A DNA stretch of 64,000 nt, from contig OY970355.1 in assembly GCA_963718525.1 (NCBI GenBank), positions 1,792,001-1,856,000 of the forward strand. The letters run 5' to 3'. Shown here one piece after another: positions 19,481-29,807 of this stretch (position 1 is the stretch's first letter; each line of letters opens with the position of its first letter). The position numbers were made by a program, and so were the translations under genes. Below the pieces are notes generated by a model. The model was given only the letters and a program-made list of their open reading frames with translations. It was not told where the DNA came from and searched no databases. This stretch comes from Candidatus Dormiibacterota bacterium. Its GTDB lineage: Bacteria > Chloroflexota > Dormibacteria > Aeolococcales > Aeolococcaceae.

Positions 19481-20142
19481 GTGCGAACCTGGCGGGCCTG
19501 CTGGTCAGAGCGTCGAGGTCTCTCACCAATTGCAGGCACAAATCGCTCAGCCATCGCTTGTCCCCTTGCCAGCGGTGTCAGCCTGACCGATCGCGACGGC
19601 GTGAGCTCGTTGAGACTAGGCGATTCGTCATGCGTGAACGCTCGACAGTGCTATTCTGGGCGACGCACCGCACCATGCGAAATATGTTTGCGCTGGAGCC
19701 TCATGTCTACTCCGCCCGAGGCAGGCGCGACGTTCTCGGTATCCGGCAGCCTCGAGGACGGCGCCCTGCTCCACCGCCACGCAGGTGGCAGCATCGAGGG
19801 AACACTCTCGGTACGGCGTTCGAACCTGCTGTCAGTAAAGCTGGATTTTTCATAATTCCGCCGACCTCGCGTCGACAGAGCGAATGAACCAGGGAGGCAC
19901 GACACAAGGTGCGGCGACCCATATGTGGCTCTCTGCTATTGGGCGAGCGAGCTTGGCTACCCTTGCGCAGATAGGAAGATGTTCGCGGTGTTGGCCACAT
20001 GCCCAGAAGCGTACAGGCGTGAGCCACGTAAGTGCAGCATGAAGAATCGCCTTCGCCGTTCCGCTTCGCCGCCCGCGCCCTCGAGGATAAACGCTCGGTG
20101 AAGTCGCGCAGGCCTAAGAGTACAAGACATGGGTTCGCATCG

Positions 20143-21399
20143 ATGCGTATCAATGCAGCGATGAACCTGTTAGGGGCCGCGACCTATAGCTTAGGTCAAT
20201 GGGGGATTCTTGTCGTCATTGCCAAGTGGGATGGGGCCAGTGCAGTCGGTACCTACGCGTTAGGGCTGGCTGCAGCGGCACCCATCGTGCTCTTCACCAA
20301 CCTGAACTTAGCCGGTGTACTTGCCACCGATGCTCGCCACGACCTGACCTTCGGCGACTATCTCAGTCTTCGTCTCATGTCAACATCGCTCGCCTTGGCC
20401 ACGATAGCGGGAGTCGCGGGCTGGATGTTTTCGTCGGGCCGACTGGTTGCTGCAGTTGTTCTAGTCGTCGGCTTGGCAAAGGCCGTGGACGCTGTGGCCG
20501 ACATATTCTACGGCCGGTGCCAACAGTTCGAGCGCACCTGGCCAGTTGCCGCCGGTATGTTCACAAATGGCGCTGTCTCTCTCGTTGCCGTAGTGGTCGC
20601 CACCATCCTCACCCGAAATGTTATCGCGGCGGCCATTGCGTCGGCTGGCGGCTCGTCGGTGGCCATGCTAGTAGCCATCTATCTCACCCGGAGATCTCAA
20701 AACGACGATCCGTCTCGTAGCGAGAGTTCGCGTCCGCGCCTGGTAGCCGCCAACCTAGTGGGACTCGTGAAGATCGCACTGCCCTTGGGGGTAGTTATGT
20801 GCTTGATATCCTTGAACGCCAACATCCCCCGGTACTTCATTGCGCAACTCCTTGGCCCCGGCACCCTAGGTGGATTTGCGGTCGTCGCCTCCATCCAGTT
20901 GCTTGTTGTCACTGTGCTGTCGGCTGTCGGCCAATCTTTCGCCCCACGGATGGCGAAGGCGTTTGAAGCACATCGGAGAAGCGACTTCGTCAAACTGCTT
21001 TATCAGTTGCTCGCCATCGCGCTGGCGCTCAGCTCCGCCCTACTTGCGATCAGTCTAATTGTCGGAAAGCAACTGCTAGCGCTCCTGTTCCGGCCCGAGT
21101 ACACGCAGTATCAGGGGCTCCTAATCCTCCTCAGCGCCGTTACCCTGGTGGGCAGCGTTTCAATGTGTTTGGGCTTCGCCGCCACCGCGGCGCGCTCATT
21201 CGTCAAGCAAGCACCTGTGTACCTTGCGACTTCAATCGCCATAGCCGTCGGCTGTGCGGTGCTCATTCCAAGGGTCGGAATCACCGGCTCCGCGTGGGCC
21301 ATGTTCATCGGTTCCGCCATATCCACGACCGGCAGCTTCCTGATCGTTTTCGATCGACTGCGATTGATTCCCCCAGTCACTGCGGCGGTGCCATCGTGA
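20143..21399 (+). CDS. wzx: Wzx flippase (polysaccharide biosynthesis transporter)
   Basis: Multi-TM; QWGIL, VGTYALGLA, ALPLG, NIPRYFI; ORF open from 20032. Confidence 0.87.
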   Translation: MRINAAMNLLGAATYSLGQWGILVVIAKWDGASAVGTYALGLAAAAPIVLFTNLNLAGVLATDARHDLTFGDYLSLRLMSTSLALATIAGVAGWMFSSGRLVAAVVLVVGLAKAVDAVADIFYGRCQQFERTWPVAAGMFTNGAVSLVAVVVATILTRNVIAAAIASAGGSSVAMLVAIYLTRRSQNDDPSRSESSRPRLVAANLVGLVKIALPLGVVMCLISLNANIPRYFIAQLLGPGTLGGFAVVASIQLLVVTVLSAVGQSFAPRMAKAFEAHRRSDFVKLLYQLLAIALALSSALLAISLIVGKQLLALLFRPEYTQYQGLLILLSAVTLVGSVSMCLGFAATAARSFVKQAPVYLATSIAIAVGCAVLIPRVGITGSAWAMFIGSAISTTGSFLIVFDRLRLIPPVTAAVPS

Positions 21400-22550
21400 T
21401 TCGCGTGCTGCACGTTGTGGGTGGGCTCGGGTTAGGTGGCGTCGAGCAATGGCTCGTGCAGGTCATGCGCGCGATAGACCGGGATCGCTTTCAGTTCGAT
21501 TTTGTCGTGCATCAGGACGCCGAAGGGATGCATCTCGGGGCCGCGCGCGACCTAGGCGCGCGCGTAGAGGTGATTTCTCTTGCCGACGAGCATCGGGGGA
21601 GCTTGAGACGCGCCGTTCGCACTGCTCAATACGGGCGTGATCTGCTGCGTATTCTCCAGATGCGCCATTACGACGTCGTTCATGCGCATCAACACCACTT
21701 CAGCAGTTTCGCGGTCCTCGCAGCCAAGAAAGCTTCGGTTCCGATCAGGATCGTTCAAAGCCACACCGATACAGGCCCTGTGGATCGGCGAGCGGCCTTG
21801 GCTCGCCGCGCGTACTTGCTGGCTGCGGGCGTTTGCATCCGCAGGTACTCGACTGGTCAGCTAGCGGCGAATGAGTTGGCCGCGCGATCCTTGTTCGGGA
21901 GGCGTTGGCGTGCAGAATGCCGGATCCTTTACTACGGGACTGATGTCCGGCGATTTGTCGAGAGCGCCGACCAACACGAGTATCGGAGGGCGCTGGGGCT
22001 CGCTCCGGACGCTTGGGTCGTTGGACACGCGGGCCGCTTTGTCGAGCTGAAGAATCATCGGTTTCTGCTGAGGATCGCAGCGGAACTCGCGCTCATCGAG
22101 CCGCGCTTCCACCTGCTTCTTGTAGGGGATGGACCGCTGCATGGTGAAATGATCAACCAAGCGAATGAGTATGGCCTGTCGGAACGTGTCACGTTTCTCG
22201 GTAGCCGGCGAGACGTTCCAGAACTCATGGTGAACGCGATGGACGCGTATCTGATGCCCTCCTTGTATGAAGGACTCCCAATCGCGGTCGTCGAGGCTCA
22301 GGCTGCGGGCCTTCCTTGCTTGGTCTCCAGTTCCGTCTCGGCGGAGACCAAGGCCGTGCCAGGTCTGTTTAGGCAGCTGTCGCTAACCGCTTCTCCATCG
22401 ACTTGGGCCGCCGAATTGCACGCTTTTCGGCCGGTGGTTGACCGTAAGGTGGCGCTAGAGCAGGTCGAGCGCGGACCATTCAACATAGCCAATAGTGCGC
22501 GAGCTTTAACATCATTCTATGAGGAACAACGGTGCCATCTCGGCACTTGA
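21396..22550 (+). CDS. GT4 glycosyltransferase (EpsF-like)
   Basis: IRVLHVVGGLGLGGVE, GRFVELKNH, PSLYEGLPIAVVEAQAAGLP; GTGA overlap with wzx. Confidence 0.9.
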   Translation: MIRVLHVVGGLGLGGVEQWLVQVMRAIDRDRFQFDFVVHQDAEGMHLGAARDLGARVEVISLADEHRGSLRRAVRTAQYGRDLLRILQMRHYDVVHAHQHHFSSFAVLAAKKASVPIRIVQSHTDTGPVDRRAALARRAYLLAAGVCIRRYSTGQLAANELAARSLFGRRWRAECRILYYGTDVRRFVESADQHEYRRALGLAPDAWVVGHAGRFVELKNHRFLLRIAAELALIEPRFHLLLVGDGPLHGEMINQANEYGLSERVTFLGSRRDVPELMVNAMDAYLMPSLYEGLPIAVVEAQAAGLPCLVSSSVSAETKAVPGLFRQLSLTASPSTWAAELHAFRPVVDRKVALEQVERGPFNIANSARALTSFYEEQRCHLGT

Positions 22551-22589
22551 AGCCGGCGATAACGTGTCGACTGAGGCCCGCACGGGGCT

Positions 22590-22931
22590 CTATCGTGAAC
22601 GACAGCCAAGGTGGGAGTCCTTGTGCGCACTCCAGCAATCCGACCTATCGCACGTGCCGGAGGTGTGTATAGATGAAGCAGAGACGGGCGTACGCGCGCA
22701 CGGCGTCTTTGAGCGCCATCTAGGCACGCAGAGTGCTCCGGGCGCCTTGAGGGCGACAGGCAGGAAGCTCGATCGTGTAGGTAAACCGTCGATCTGGCCG
22801 GCGCCACTCGCGACACCGAATGCGTCACAGCCACAGCGTTGCACGAACTCCGCCAGCGCGCCACGAAATGTCGAGGTGTTTCTTCCGATGCTCGCGACGA
22901 AGAATACGCACGGGCGCGGTGGTTGCATCAC
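22590..22931 (-). pseudogene. N-terminal remnant of a GT4 glycosyltransferase
   Basis: VFFVAS...FRGALAEFVQRCG then, in another frame, LLHLYTPPARAIGRIAG (cf. HVHTPxAxxxGRLA); starts overlapping the GT2 stop. Confidence 0.55.
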
Positions 22932-23839
22932 TCGGCACCTACCGCACCTTGGTTACGTGTCGCCGCGTCCCAGATTGAGCGCCAGGACGACCGCTCGACA
23001 TCACTGAGCGGCTGATACCTATGCACTAGGAGCGATTCTTCAGTGCCTGTCGTGATTGCGGCCACGTCGACGCTTGCACGCAAGAGTTGCGCGGGTATTG
23101 CGATGAGGGCGCCGCGATGATCTCCAAGACGCCACCTAATCTCGGCCAGATGGAGCGCCAAGTGCCGCCGCGCACGGAGTTGCTTGCGCATGCGGAGGCG
23201 GTTTTCGCGGTAGCCGACCAGAAGGTCGGGTGAGTTGGCATATCGGGCGGTCCGCGATGCCCGTGCGAGGAAATCTTGATCCTCGCACAAGCGCGCGGAT
23301 GGACGATACCGGAAGCGCCTGAAGAGAGCGGTCTTACCGAAGAAGGTCACGTGAGGCAATGCAAAGCCCCGATGGGGGTGCGCACAGATTTGTTCGTGCA
23401 TCAGCGGGCTCCTACGACAGCCGATCGCAACCCCCCCATCCCTGAAGATGAGGATGCTCCCACCCACGAGATCAAGTCTAGCGTCGGACACGATCCGTTC
23501 CAGTTGGATGGCGAAACGCTCCGGATACGCGATATCGTCCCCGTCCATCCTCGCAAAGAACTCTGTGTCAGTCCGCTCGATTACTTCGTTTAGCCGCACC
23601 GCGATTTCCTTGTGGTGTTGGTCGACGACTGCATGGATCCGTTTATCAACTCGAGCAGCCTCCATCGCCAAGTCGACAGTCCCATCGGTTGAGCCATCGT
23701 CAACAAGCTCGAGACTCCAGTTCTCGAAGGTTTGCGCCTGAATAGACGCCAAGCTGGCTGGGAGCGTGGCCTCGCAGTTCCACACAGGCATGGCGATAGT
23801 GACCGTGGGAGTAATCACAGGGTCTCGGCCATTTCGCAC
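22928..23839 (-). CDS. GT2 glycosyltransferase
   Basis: IAMPVWN, VDDGSTDGT, ARMDGDD, EDQD. Confidence 0.9.
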   Translation of the reverse strand: MRNGRDPVITPTVTIAMPVWNCEATLPASLASIQAQTFENWSLELVDDGSTDGTVDLAMEAARVDKRIHAVVDQHHKEIAVRLNEVIERTDTEFFARMDGDDIAYPERFAIQLERIVSDARLDLVGGSILIFRDGGVAIGCRRSPLMHEQICAHPHRGFALPHVTFFGKTALFRRFRYRPSARLCEDQDFLARASRTARYANSPDLLVGYRENRLRMRKQLRARRHLALHLAEIRWRLGDHRGALIAIPAQLLRASVDVAAITTGTEESLLVHRYQPLSDVERSSWRSIWDAATRNQGAVGAE

Positions 23840-24094
23840 CGCCGCGTCGGTGAGTGGCGACTCGCTGATCGCTCGCGATACAACTCGTAATGAGAAAGGA
23901 GATCATCGGCGGCTTGGTCGATGTCGATGCGGCTGCCCAAGATGCGTCTTTTCCACTCTTCTCGAGTCATTTGAGGCTGTTCCGCTGCACGGGCCAACTC
24001 GCCGGCGCAGATCCGAGGATACGTTCCCGAGGAGCCCATGACGCAAGTTGGGGGGTCGCAGCATCCTCGTCGGTAAGTCTCGCGCGTGAACGCA

Positions 24095-24520
24095 CAATGG
24101 TCCCAGCGCCTCTGAGCAGTTCTCCTGCGCCAACGCCTTCCACTCGGCCGGAGTGAATGCCGAAGGCGGATGGCTGCATGCCCTGACTTGAGTGTCGCGA
24201 GCATTCCGCCATTGTATGGGGATATTCCGACGCCGCTCGTGTCATCGCCGGCCTTTCGATGAAGATCGGCGGCTTCTCCCCGCCGGGCCACCCGCCTTGC
24301 GCGCGATGGAGGCAGGGCCGCGAGGTGCTAGTGCATCGCCACGCCGGTATCGAACGGACACCCATGGTGGTGTACGCGGCCGTTCTCATGCTGGGCTGGT
24401 CACTGACGGACGCATATCCGCATGTTACCGAGCCCCGTCCCGAATCGGCGCCGACTAACGGCCAGCTGGCCACCCTCATTGCCTTGGCTGCCGAGCTCTC
24501 GGCGCGTGAAGACTCGCCCT
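24095..24520 (+). pseudogene. Decayed second dual-specificity phosphatase
   Basis: QGREVLVHRHAGIERTPMV..LGWSLTDAY..R...QL aligns by eye with 4929-5474; catalytic Cys is Arg; N-terminal part out of frame. Confidence 0.7.
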
Positions 24521-24865
24521 CGCCCCAAGGTACTCGCCGGTATCGGACGCTGGAGTCCCGCAGGAGGTGCGTGTGCTCAGGGTCTGAGCGGCGGTTATCG
24601 AAGCAATCTCGGAGCGCGTCGCGCAACTCGGTCTCAGCAGAGCGCGGTGGCATCCGAGGCACGAGGGGACTTGAGGGTCGCCATGTCCCGGGGCATGCTT
24701 TCTGAGTAGAAGCGTGGCCACTGTTACGTGATGATGCGCTCCGGCGCGGCCAAGTAGAGGAGGCGCCAAGACTCAGTCGAGGGGGTTTCGGCTGATGGAC
24801 GGACATGGGTGAGGATCCGGAGTGAGCTTCCCGCGGAACGGCTTGGTGTCAGCTATCGGCTGACG

Positions 24866-26776
24866 TCATGAGCAGGCGGACTCGATCAGGCGCCGCCGCA
24901 CGATCTCGGGCTCACTCTCATTGGCGAGTGATTGAAGAAGCGCCACCAGGGACGCGAGGTCCTCGCGATTGATGATGCGATTGCGCGCGATTTCGCTAAC
25001 CTTGGGGTGCTCTGTGGATGCTGGCGATTCGGACGCGCCCACCAGGGCCTCCTGCATCCGCTCACCTGGCCGCAAGCCGGTGAACACGATCTCGATGTCC
25101 TCCGGCACGCGCAGACCATGCAACTGCGCCAGACGCGTGGCCACCTTGACGATGGGCACATCCTCTCCCATGTCGAGTACATAGATGCAGCCGGGCCGCG
25201 CAATAACGGCGCTCTGCAGAACGAGGCGCACGGCCTCGTCCACAGACATGAAGTAGCGATAGACGTCCGGGTGGGTGACCGTCAACGGGCCACCCCTCGT
25301 AATCTGCTGCTCAAAGCGCGGGAGCACGCTCCCCCGGCTGCCGATCACATTGCCGAAGCGCACTGCGGTAAACAGGGTCTTTGAGTCCCGGAGGCTCGCC
25401 ATCATCAGCTCGCCGAGTCGTTTCGACGCACCCAACACGCCGACGGGGTCGACGGCCTTGTCGGATGAGATGAGCACGAAGGTCTCGACAGCCGCCTGCT
25501 CAGCCGCATTCGCGCAAATCCAGGTTCCGAGCACATTGACCCGCACGGCCTCGTGTGGCTGACTCTCCAGGAGGTCAACGTGCTTGAGGGCAGCAGCGTG
25601 AATAACGACCTGAGGATGCATCTCGTCGAAGACACGATGAATACCCGCCTCGTCCTGTACCGTTCCGAGTCGTAGATGGAGTGCCGTTCCTGTCGGCCCC
25701 AGGGCGTCTCGAAGATCGGTGAGCCCGCTCTCGTTGTTGTCAAACATTGTGATCGAGACTGGGTCGAGCGAACGGATCTGACGCACGAGCTCGCTGCCGA
25801 TGGACCCAGCGGCGCCGGTCACCAAGATCCGCTTGCCCTGGAAGCCGGCGCGCAGTGCCTCTATGTCGACTGCGACCTCAGCACGGTCCGTAAGGTCTTC
25901 CATAGCCACGTCGCGAAGCGGCAGCCGCCCTGCGCTGCCGGTGAGCAGCTCATGCATGGAGGGCATGACGAGCACGCGCGCCCCGCCCATGCTGCCCATG
26001 CGGCTCAATACGCGAATCTGGTCGGGTGTCAGAGAGGGCACAGCGATGGCGAGGTTCTGGGCGCTCGACCGTTTCAAGATGGCGGCGATGTCATCGCGAG
26101 AGCCGAGCACCCGAAGGCCGGCGACATCGCGACCGATCTTGCGGCGATCGTCATCGAGGAAGGCGACAGGACGGTACCGCCCACGCTCCTCCTGTAGCTG
26201 GTGGAACAGGGCCACGCCTGCCGAGCCTGCGCCGAAGATGACCAGGGGCTCGCCCCAGGTTCTGCGCGGCACCGCCGTTTGCAGGCGCGAGAGTCCCATG
26301 AGTTGGCCAATCGCCAGATAGCCGAGGCTCCCGCCAATAGCTAGTGCCGATAGGGGGATCGGACGATTAGCACGCAACGGTCCCAGCTCCACAACGGCGA
26401 TCAGCAGCACACACGTAGCGACGGTGAGAGCGAGCTGCACCATATCCCGCACTGACGCGAACCGCCAGACAATCCGGTACGAGCGGAAGACCAAGACGCT
26501 CGCGGTGTAGGTCGCCGTGATGACGCCGATGCTCAATAGGCTTCGAACACCGACGTACTCACTGGGGATGCGGCCGCCGTAGCGCACCAAGAATGCCAAT
26601 GCGAAGGCGACGTTGAGGATGATGACCTCGACGAACCAGTCGAAGCCATGGATGCGCAGGCCATCGAGAAGGTAGATCAGACCGGCTCGCTGCGTTGGCG
26701 GCGAGGGGGGCGCAGCGACGTCGCTCTGCCTGATCTCCCGTCCCTCCTCTGCGGTCGCGTCCTTAACCGTTGACAA
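24866..26776 (-). CDS. Second PglF/CapD-type nucleotide-sugar dehydratase (membrane anchored)
   Basis: IFGAGSAG, VTGAAGSIGSEL, HAAALKHV, SSDKAVDPVGVLGASK, VRFGNVIGSRGSV. Confidence 0.92.
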   Translation of the reverse strand: MSTVKDATAEEGREIRQSDVAAPPSPPTQRAGLIYLLDGLRIHGFDWFVEVIILNVAFALAFLVRYGGRIPSEYVGVRSLLSIGVITATYTASVLVFRSYRIVWRFASVRDMVQLALTVATCVLLIAVVELGPLRANRPIPLSALAIGGSLGYLAIGQLMGLSRLQTAVPRRTWGEPLVIFGAGSAGVALFHQLQEERGRYRPVAFLDDDRRKIGRDVAGLRVLGSRDDIAAILKRSSAQNLAIAVPSLTPDQIRVLSRMGSMGGARVLVMPSMHELLTGSAGRLPLRDVAMEDLTDRAEVAVDIEALRAGFQGKRILVTGAAGSIGSELVRQIRSLDPVSITMFDNNESGLTDLRDALGPTGTALHLRLGTVQDEAGIHRVFDEMHPQVVIHAAALKHVDLLESQPHEAVRVNVLGTWICANAAEQAAVETFVLISSDKAVDPVGVLGASKRLGELMMASLRDSKTLFTAVRFGNVIGSRGSVLPRFEQQITRGGPLTVTHPDVYRYFMSVDEAVRLVLQSAVIARPGCIYVLDMGEDVPIVKVATRLAQLHGLRVPEDIEIVFTGLRPGERMQEALVGASESPASTEHPKVSEIARNRIINREDLASLVALLQSLANESEPEIVRRRLIESACS

Positions 26777-26819
26777 TAGTCCTTGCGGGAACGACTAATT
26801 GCCCTTCGGCGAGCCTAGT

Positions 26820-27341
26820 TTAGCCGCGAAGACGCCTTAGCGATAACCCGCCGCCAGCGAGCACCAGCACAGCTGCAGCGAACAAGCCCCAGAGCCAGGT
26901 CGGTGTGCTTGGTGGTATCGCGCCGGTAGGGGGTAGCGTGCCGCCCGTGCAAGGCACCGTGACCGTCGCGGAAGCCGTGGCGGGTGCACTCGTTGCGGTC
27001 ACGGTAAAAGTGCCACACCGCGTGGTCCCACAGGACACGGCGGTACTCACGTTGCCGCTCGAGTTGGTGCTTCCCGTCGTCGGGCTGGCCGAACAGGTGC
27101 TCAGCCCAGCTACGCCAAAGCTGACGAGAGCTCCGGTCACCGGCTGCCCGCTGGCGTTCACGAAGTTGAATTCGTAGGCGCAGGACTTACCGGGGGCGAC
27201 CTTCGAACACCCCGAGACGAGGGTGGCGCTGGCGGCTGGCGGCGGGTACGCCAAGACCAAAGTGGTTACGGCCAATACGGCCGCGCCGGCGAGGCCCACG
27301 CTGAGAGCCAACCGTCCGAGGGGGCCCGGGCCCAGTTTCAT
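26820..27341 (-). CDS. Secreted Ig-like protein with LPXTG sorting signal
   Basis: Signal peptide; Big_1-like GQPVTGALVSF, TNSSGNVS; LPPTG + hydrophobic segment + RRLRG tail. Confidence 0.82.
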   Translation of the reverse strand: MKLGPGPLGRLALSVGLAGAAVLAVTTLVLAYPPPAASATLVSGCSKVAPGKSCAYEFNFVNASGQPVTGALVSFGVAGLSTCSASPTTGSTNSSGNVSTAVSCGTTRCGTFTVTATSAPATASATVTVPCTGGTLPPTGAIPPSTPTWLWGLFAAAVLVLAGGGLSLRRLRG

Positions 27342-27414
27342 GGTCACACGTGATCCTCCACCCCCCCTTCTTGAGGTGACCAGTGCACCCTAGCACACCT
27401 GTACGTTTCTGACG

Positions 27415-28020
27415 CTACGTTTCCGTAGCGATCACGATGTAACGGGGCTCGTACGCGGTGTAAGACACGCAGGTCAGTAGGGTCAGTTCCGGGAACGCCG
27501 TCGGCGCGAGCACCGACCAGTCATTGAAGCTCACCACCTTGAGTGCGGCCACGCGAAACACGAGCTGTGAGCCGTTCTTGAGGATCACGCGGACCTGGTC
27601 GCCCAAGTGCAGAAGATGCAGACCCAGGAACATCCCTCGCTGATCGTGGGCGTAGTAGACAGCGTTGCCCGGCGCGCCGGGCTGAGCAGTGCCAGGGTAG
27701 TGAGCCGCGAGGTCGATTGGCACGTGGATGCCATCCCCTGGGACGACGCCGATGTTGATCTGGGCCGCCGGCACGATGATCCGAACCGTCACTGATATAC
27801 CGGCCGGCAGGGGAGTCGACGTTGGGACACCTGACGACGGAAGGTCTAGTGGTGGCGAGGCGACATAGGCGGGGTCAGATGGTGCGGGTCGCAGCGCAAA
27901 GACGAGCGCCACGACACCGGCCAGGAGCGCCACCGCCATGACGCTGAGGATCCGGAGTTGCCGAGGGGTCAGTCGGCGTCCCCGCTTAGCTCGGCGACGC
28001 CGAATCTGTGGGTCGCTCAT
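27415..28020 (-). CDS. Sortase
   Basis: N-terminal TM; PGAPGNAVYYAH, LTLLTC, downstream R (His/Cys/Arg triad). Confidence 0.9.
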   Translation of the reverse strand: MSDPQIRRRRAKRGRRLTPRQLRILSVMAVALLAGVVALVFALRPAPSDPAYVASPPLDLPSSGVPTSTPLPAGISVTVRIIVPAAQINIGVVPGDGIHVPIDLAAHYPGTAQPGAPGNAVYYAHDQRGMFLGLHLLHLGDQVRVILKNGSQLVFRVAALKVVSFNDWSVLAPTAFPELTLLTCVSYTAYEPRYIVIATET

Positions 28021-28118
28021 CAATTCAGCATGGTAGCCTAGGCAAACGTACAATCCTCGCGAGAGCGCGCTCGCGCGTCCAGCCAAGAGACGTAGCTCCT
28101 GAGGAAGGCGACCCACTA

Positions 28119-29807
28119 ATGCAACCGCAGCAGCTCCGAAAGCTCGCCCGGCGATGGGCCATTCCGGTGGCGTTCATCACCGTTGTAGCCGGGATCATCG
28201 GCTTCGCCGTGGCTAAGCATGCAACCCCGATCTATCAGGCGGATGCCACGGTCCTTGTCGTCGCCGGGCCGCAATCGACTAACAATTCGGCCGTCCCGCT
28301 GAGCCCTGACGAGGCCACCGCCACCGCGGCCGCGCTCATGAAAGCGCCACCGACGCTGCAGCAGGTCATCAATGAGCTCCATCTCGGCGTCAATACCGAC
28401 CAGTTGGCCAAGCAGGTCACTACTACGCCCGAGACGGGTACGGAGCTGGTCGATGTTGCGGTCCAGGATCCCAGCCCGACAAAGGCGGCCCTGATCGCCA
28501 ACACGCTGGCAACCGCCTACTCCGATGCAGTGACCAACCAGAACGCCCTGCGGGTAAATAAGTTGGGAGCGGCGCTGCTGCAGCAGATCGCGAACGTGAC
28601 CAATACCTTGCAGAGTGAGGATGCACAGCTTGCCAAGGCCGACAGGCAGCACGCCGACACGACTGCGATCACCGCCGAAATCACCGGCACCACGAACCTG
28701 CTAAGCACGCTTACCGCCAACTACAGCAACTTCCAATCGACGCAGGAGCAGAATCTCGTGACCGTATCGGTAGCGGCGCCTGCCTCGGTGCCGGTGACCC
28801 CGGTTTCGCCGAAGGTGCTGCTCGACGTGCTCCTCGCCCTTTTTGCGGGCCTGCTGGTCGGCCTGGGGGTAGTCGCGGCATTTGAATACTTCGATCAGGG
28901 CCTGCACACCGAGCAGGATGTCCGAGAACTCCTCGGCGTCACGTGCCTCGCGATCGTGCCACGATTCGAGCCCAACCAACGATCCGCGGCGAGTAAGCGG
29001 CGCCAGCGCAGCGCCAATGAGGCCTATAGCCGCTTGCGCACCAACCTCCTGTTCGCCGAGTTGGACCGGCCGCTCAGGAGCATCGTGGTCACGTCCTCGC
29101 GCGCGGGCGAGGGCAAGACGCGGACCGCGGCCAACCTCGCGGTCTCCTTGGCGGCGAGTGAGAAGTCTATCCTGCTGCTCGACGCGGACATGCATCGCCC
29201 GTCCCTGCATCGGATGTTCGGACGGCCCCTCACCGGCGGCATGTCGGACATGCTCCTGGCCTCAGGCCGGGGCGCCCCACTCCTCGATAGTTCCTACGCG
29301 ACCGCTTACCGGCACCTCTCCCTTGTGACGTGCGGGGTGCAGCCGCCGAATCCGTCGGAGCTGATGGCGTCGCCGCGGGCGGCGGCCCTACTCCAAGGGC
29401 TTGAATTCCAGCGAGACGTGGTCGTCATCGATACTCCGCCGGTGCAGGCGGTCACAGACGCGCTCAGCATCAGCGCGCACGCAAGCGGCGTGATCGTGGT
29501 GGTGGAATCTGGCAAGACCAACGCCGATCAGGTGCGCGCCGTCATCGACTCTCTGCACAAGGTTGGCGCCACAGTGCTCGGTGTCGTGCTCAACAAAGCC
29601 AACCAGCGCAGCATGCGCAGCTACTACTACTACGATTACGGACCATCCAGTCAGAAGTCATCCGATGTTGCCCTTGTGCCGCCCCCACCACCACCGCCGC
29701 CGGCAAGTCCCGAAGGCAAAGGGAACGGTGTGTCCGTCAATGGCGAGGCTCACCGCGGCGCGAGAAGCGAGAAGGAGCGGTCGATTGAGAGGTCGGAGGT
29801 CCAGTGA
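28119..29807 (+). CDS. wzc: Wzc-like polysaccharide co-polymerase/tyrosine autokinase
   Basis: Two TM Wzz-like region; EAYSRLRTN, GEGKT, DADMHRP, IDTPP, C-terminal YYYYDY cluster. Confidence 0.92.
   Translation: MQPQQLRKLARRWAIPVAFITVVAGIIGFAVAKHATPIYQADATVLVVAGPQSTNNSAVPLSPDEATATAAALMKAPPTLQQVINELHLGVNTDQLAKQVTTTPETGTELVDVAVQDPSPTKAALIANTLATAYSDAVTNQNALRVNKLGAALLQQIANVTNTLQSEDAQLAKADRQHADTTAITAEITGTTNLLSTLTANYSNFQSTQEQNLVTVSVAAPASVPVTPVSPKVLLDVLLALFAGLLVGLGVVAAFEYFDQGLHTEQDVRELLGVTCLAIVPRFEPNQRSAASKRRQRSANEAYSRLRTNLLFAELDRPLRSIVVTSSRAGEGKTRTAANLAVSLAASEKSILLLDADMHRPSLHRMFGRPLTGGMSDMLLASGRGAPLLDSSYATAYRHLSLVTCGVQPPNPSELMASPRAAALLQGLEFQRDVVVIDTPPVQAVTDALSISAHASGVIVVVESGKTNADQVRAVIDSLHKVGATVLGVVLNKANQRSMRSYYYYDYGPSSQKSSDVALVPPPPPPPPASPEGKGNGVSVNGEAHRGARSEKERSIERSEVQ

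Noticed and set aside
19480-20140. Short ORFs between the epimerase remnant and wzx
   Set aside because: No recognisable motifs or consistent codon bias; treated as intergenic or unidentifiable decay.
24520-24866. Possible further glycosyltransferase remnant on the minus strand
   Set aside because: Similarity too short and vague to support.
28024-28054. TACAAT -10 box upstream of wzc
   Set aside because: Plausible but no convincing -35 or extended -10; not supportable alone.
29680-29705. Poly-proline-coding CCA/CCG run in wzc
   Set aside because: Low-complexity disordered tail with mixed codons; not a contingency repeat.
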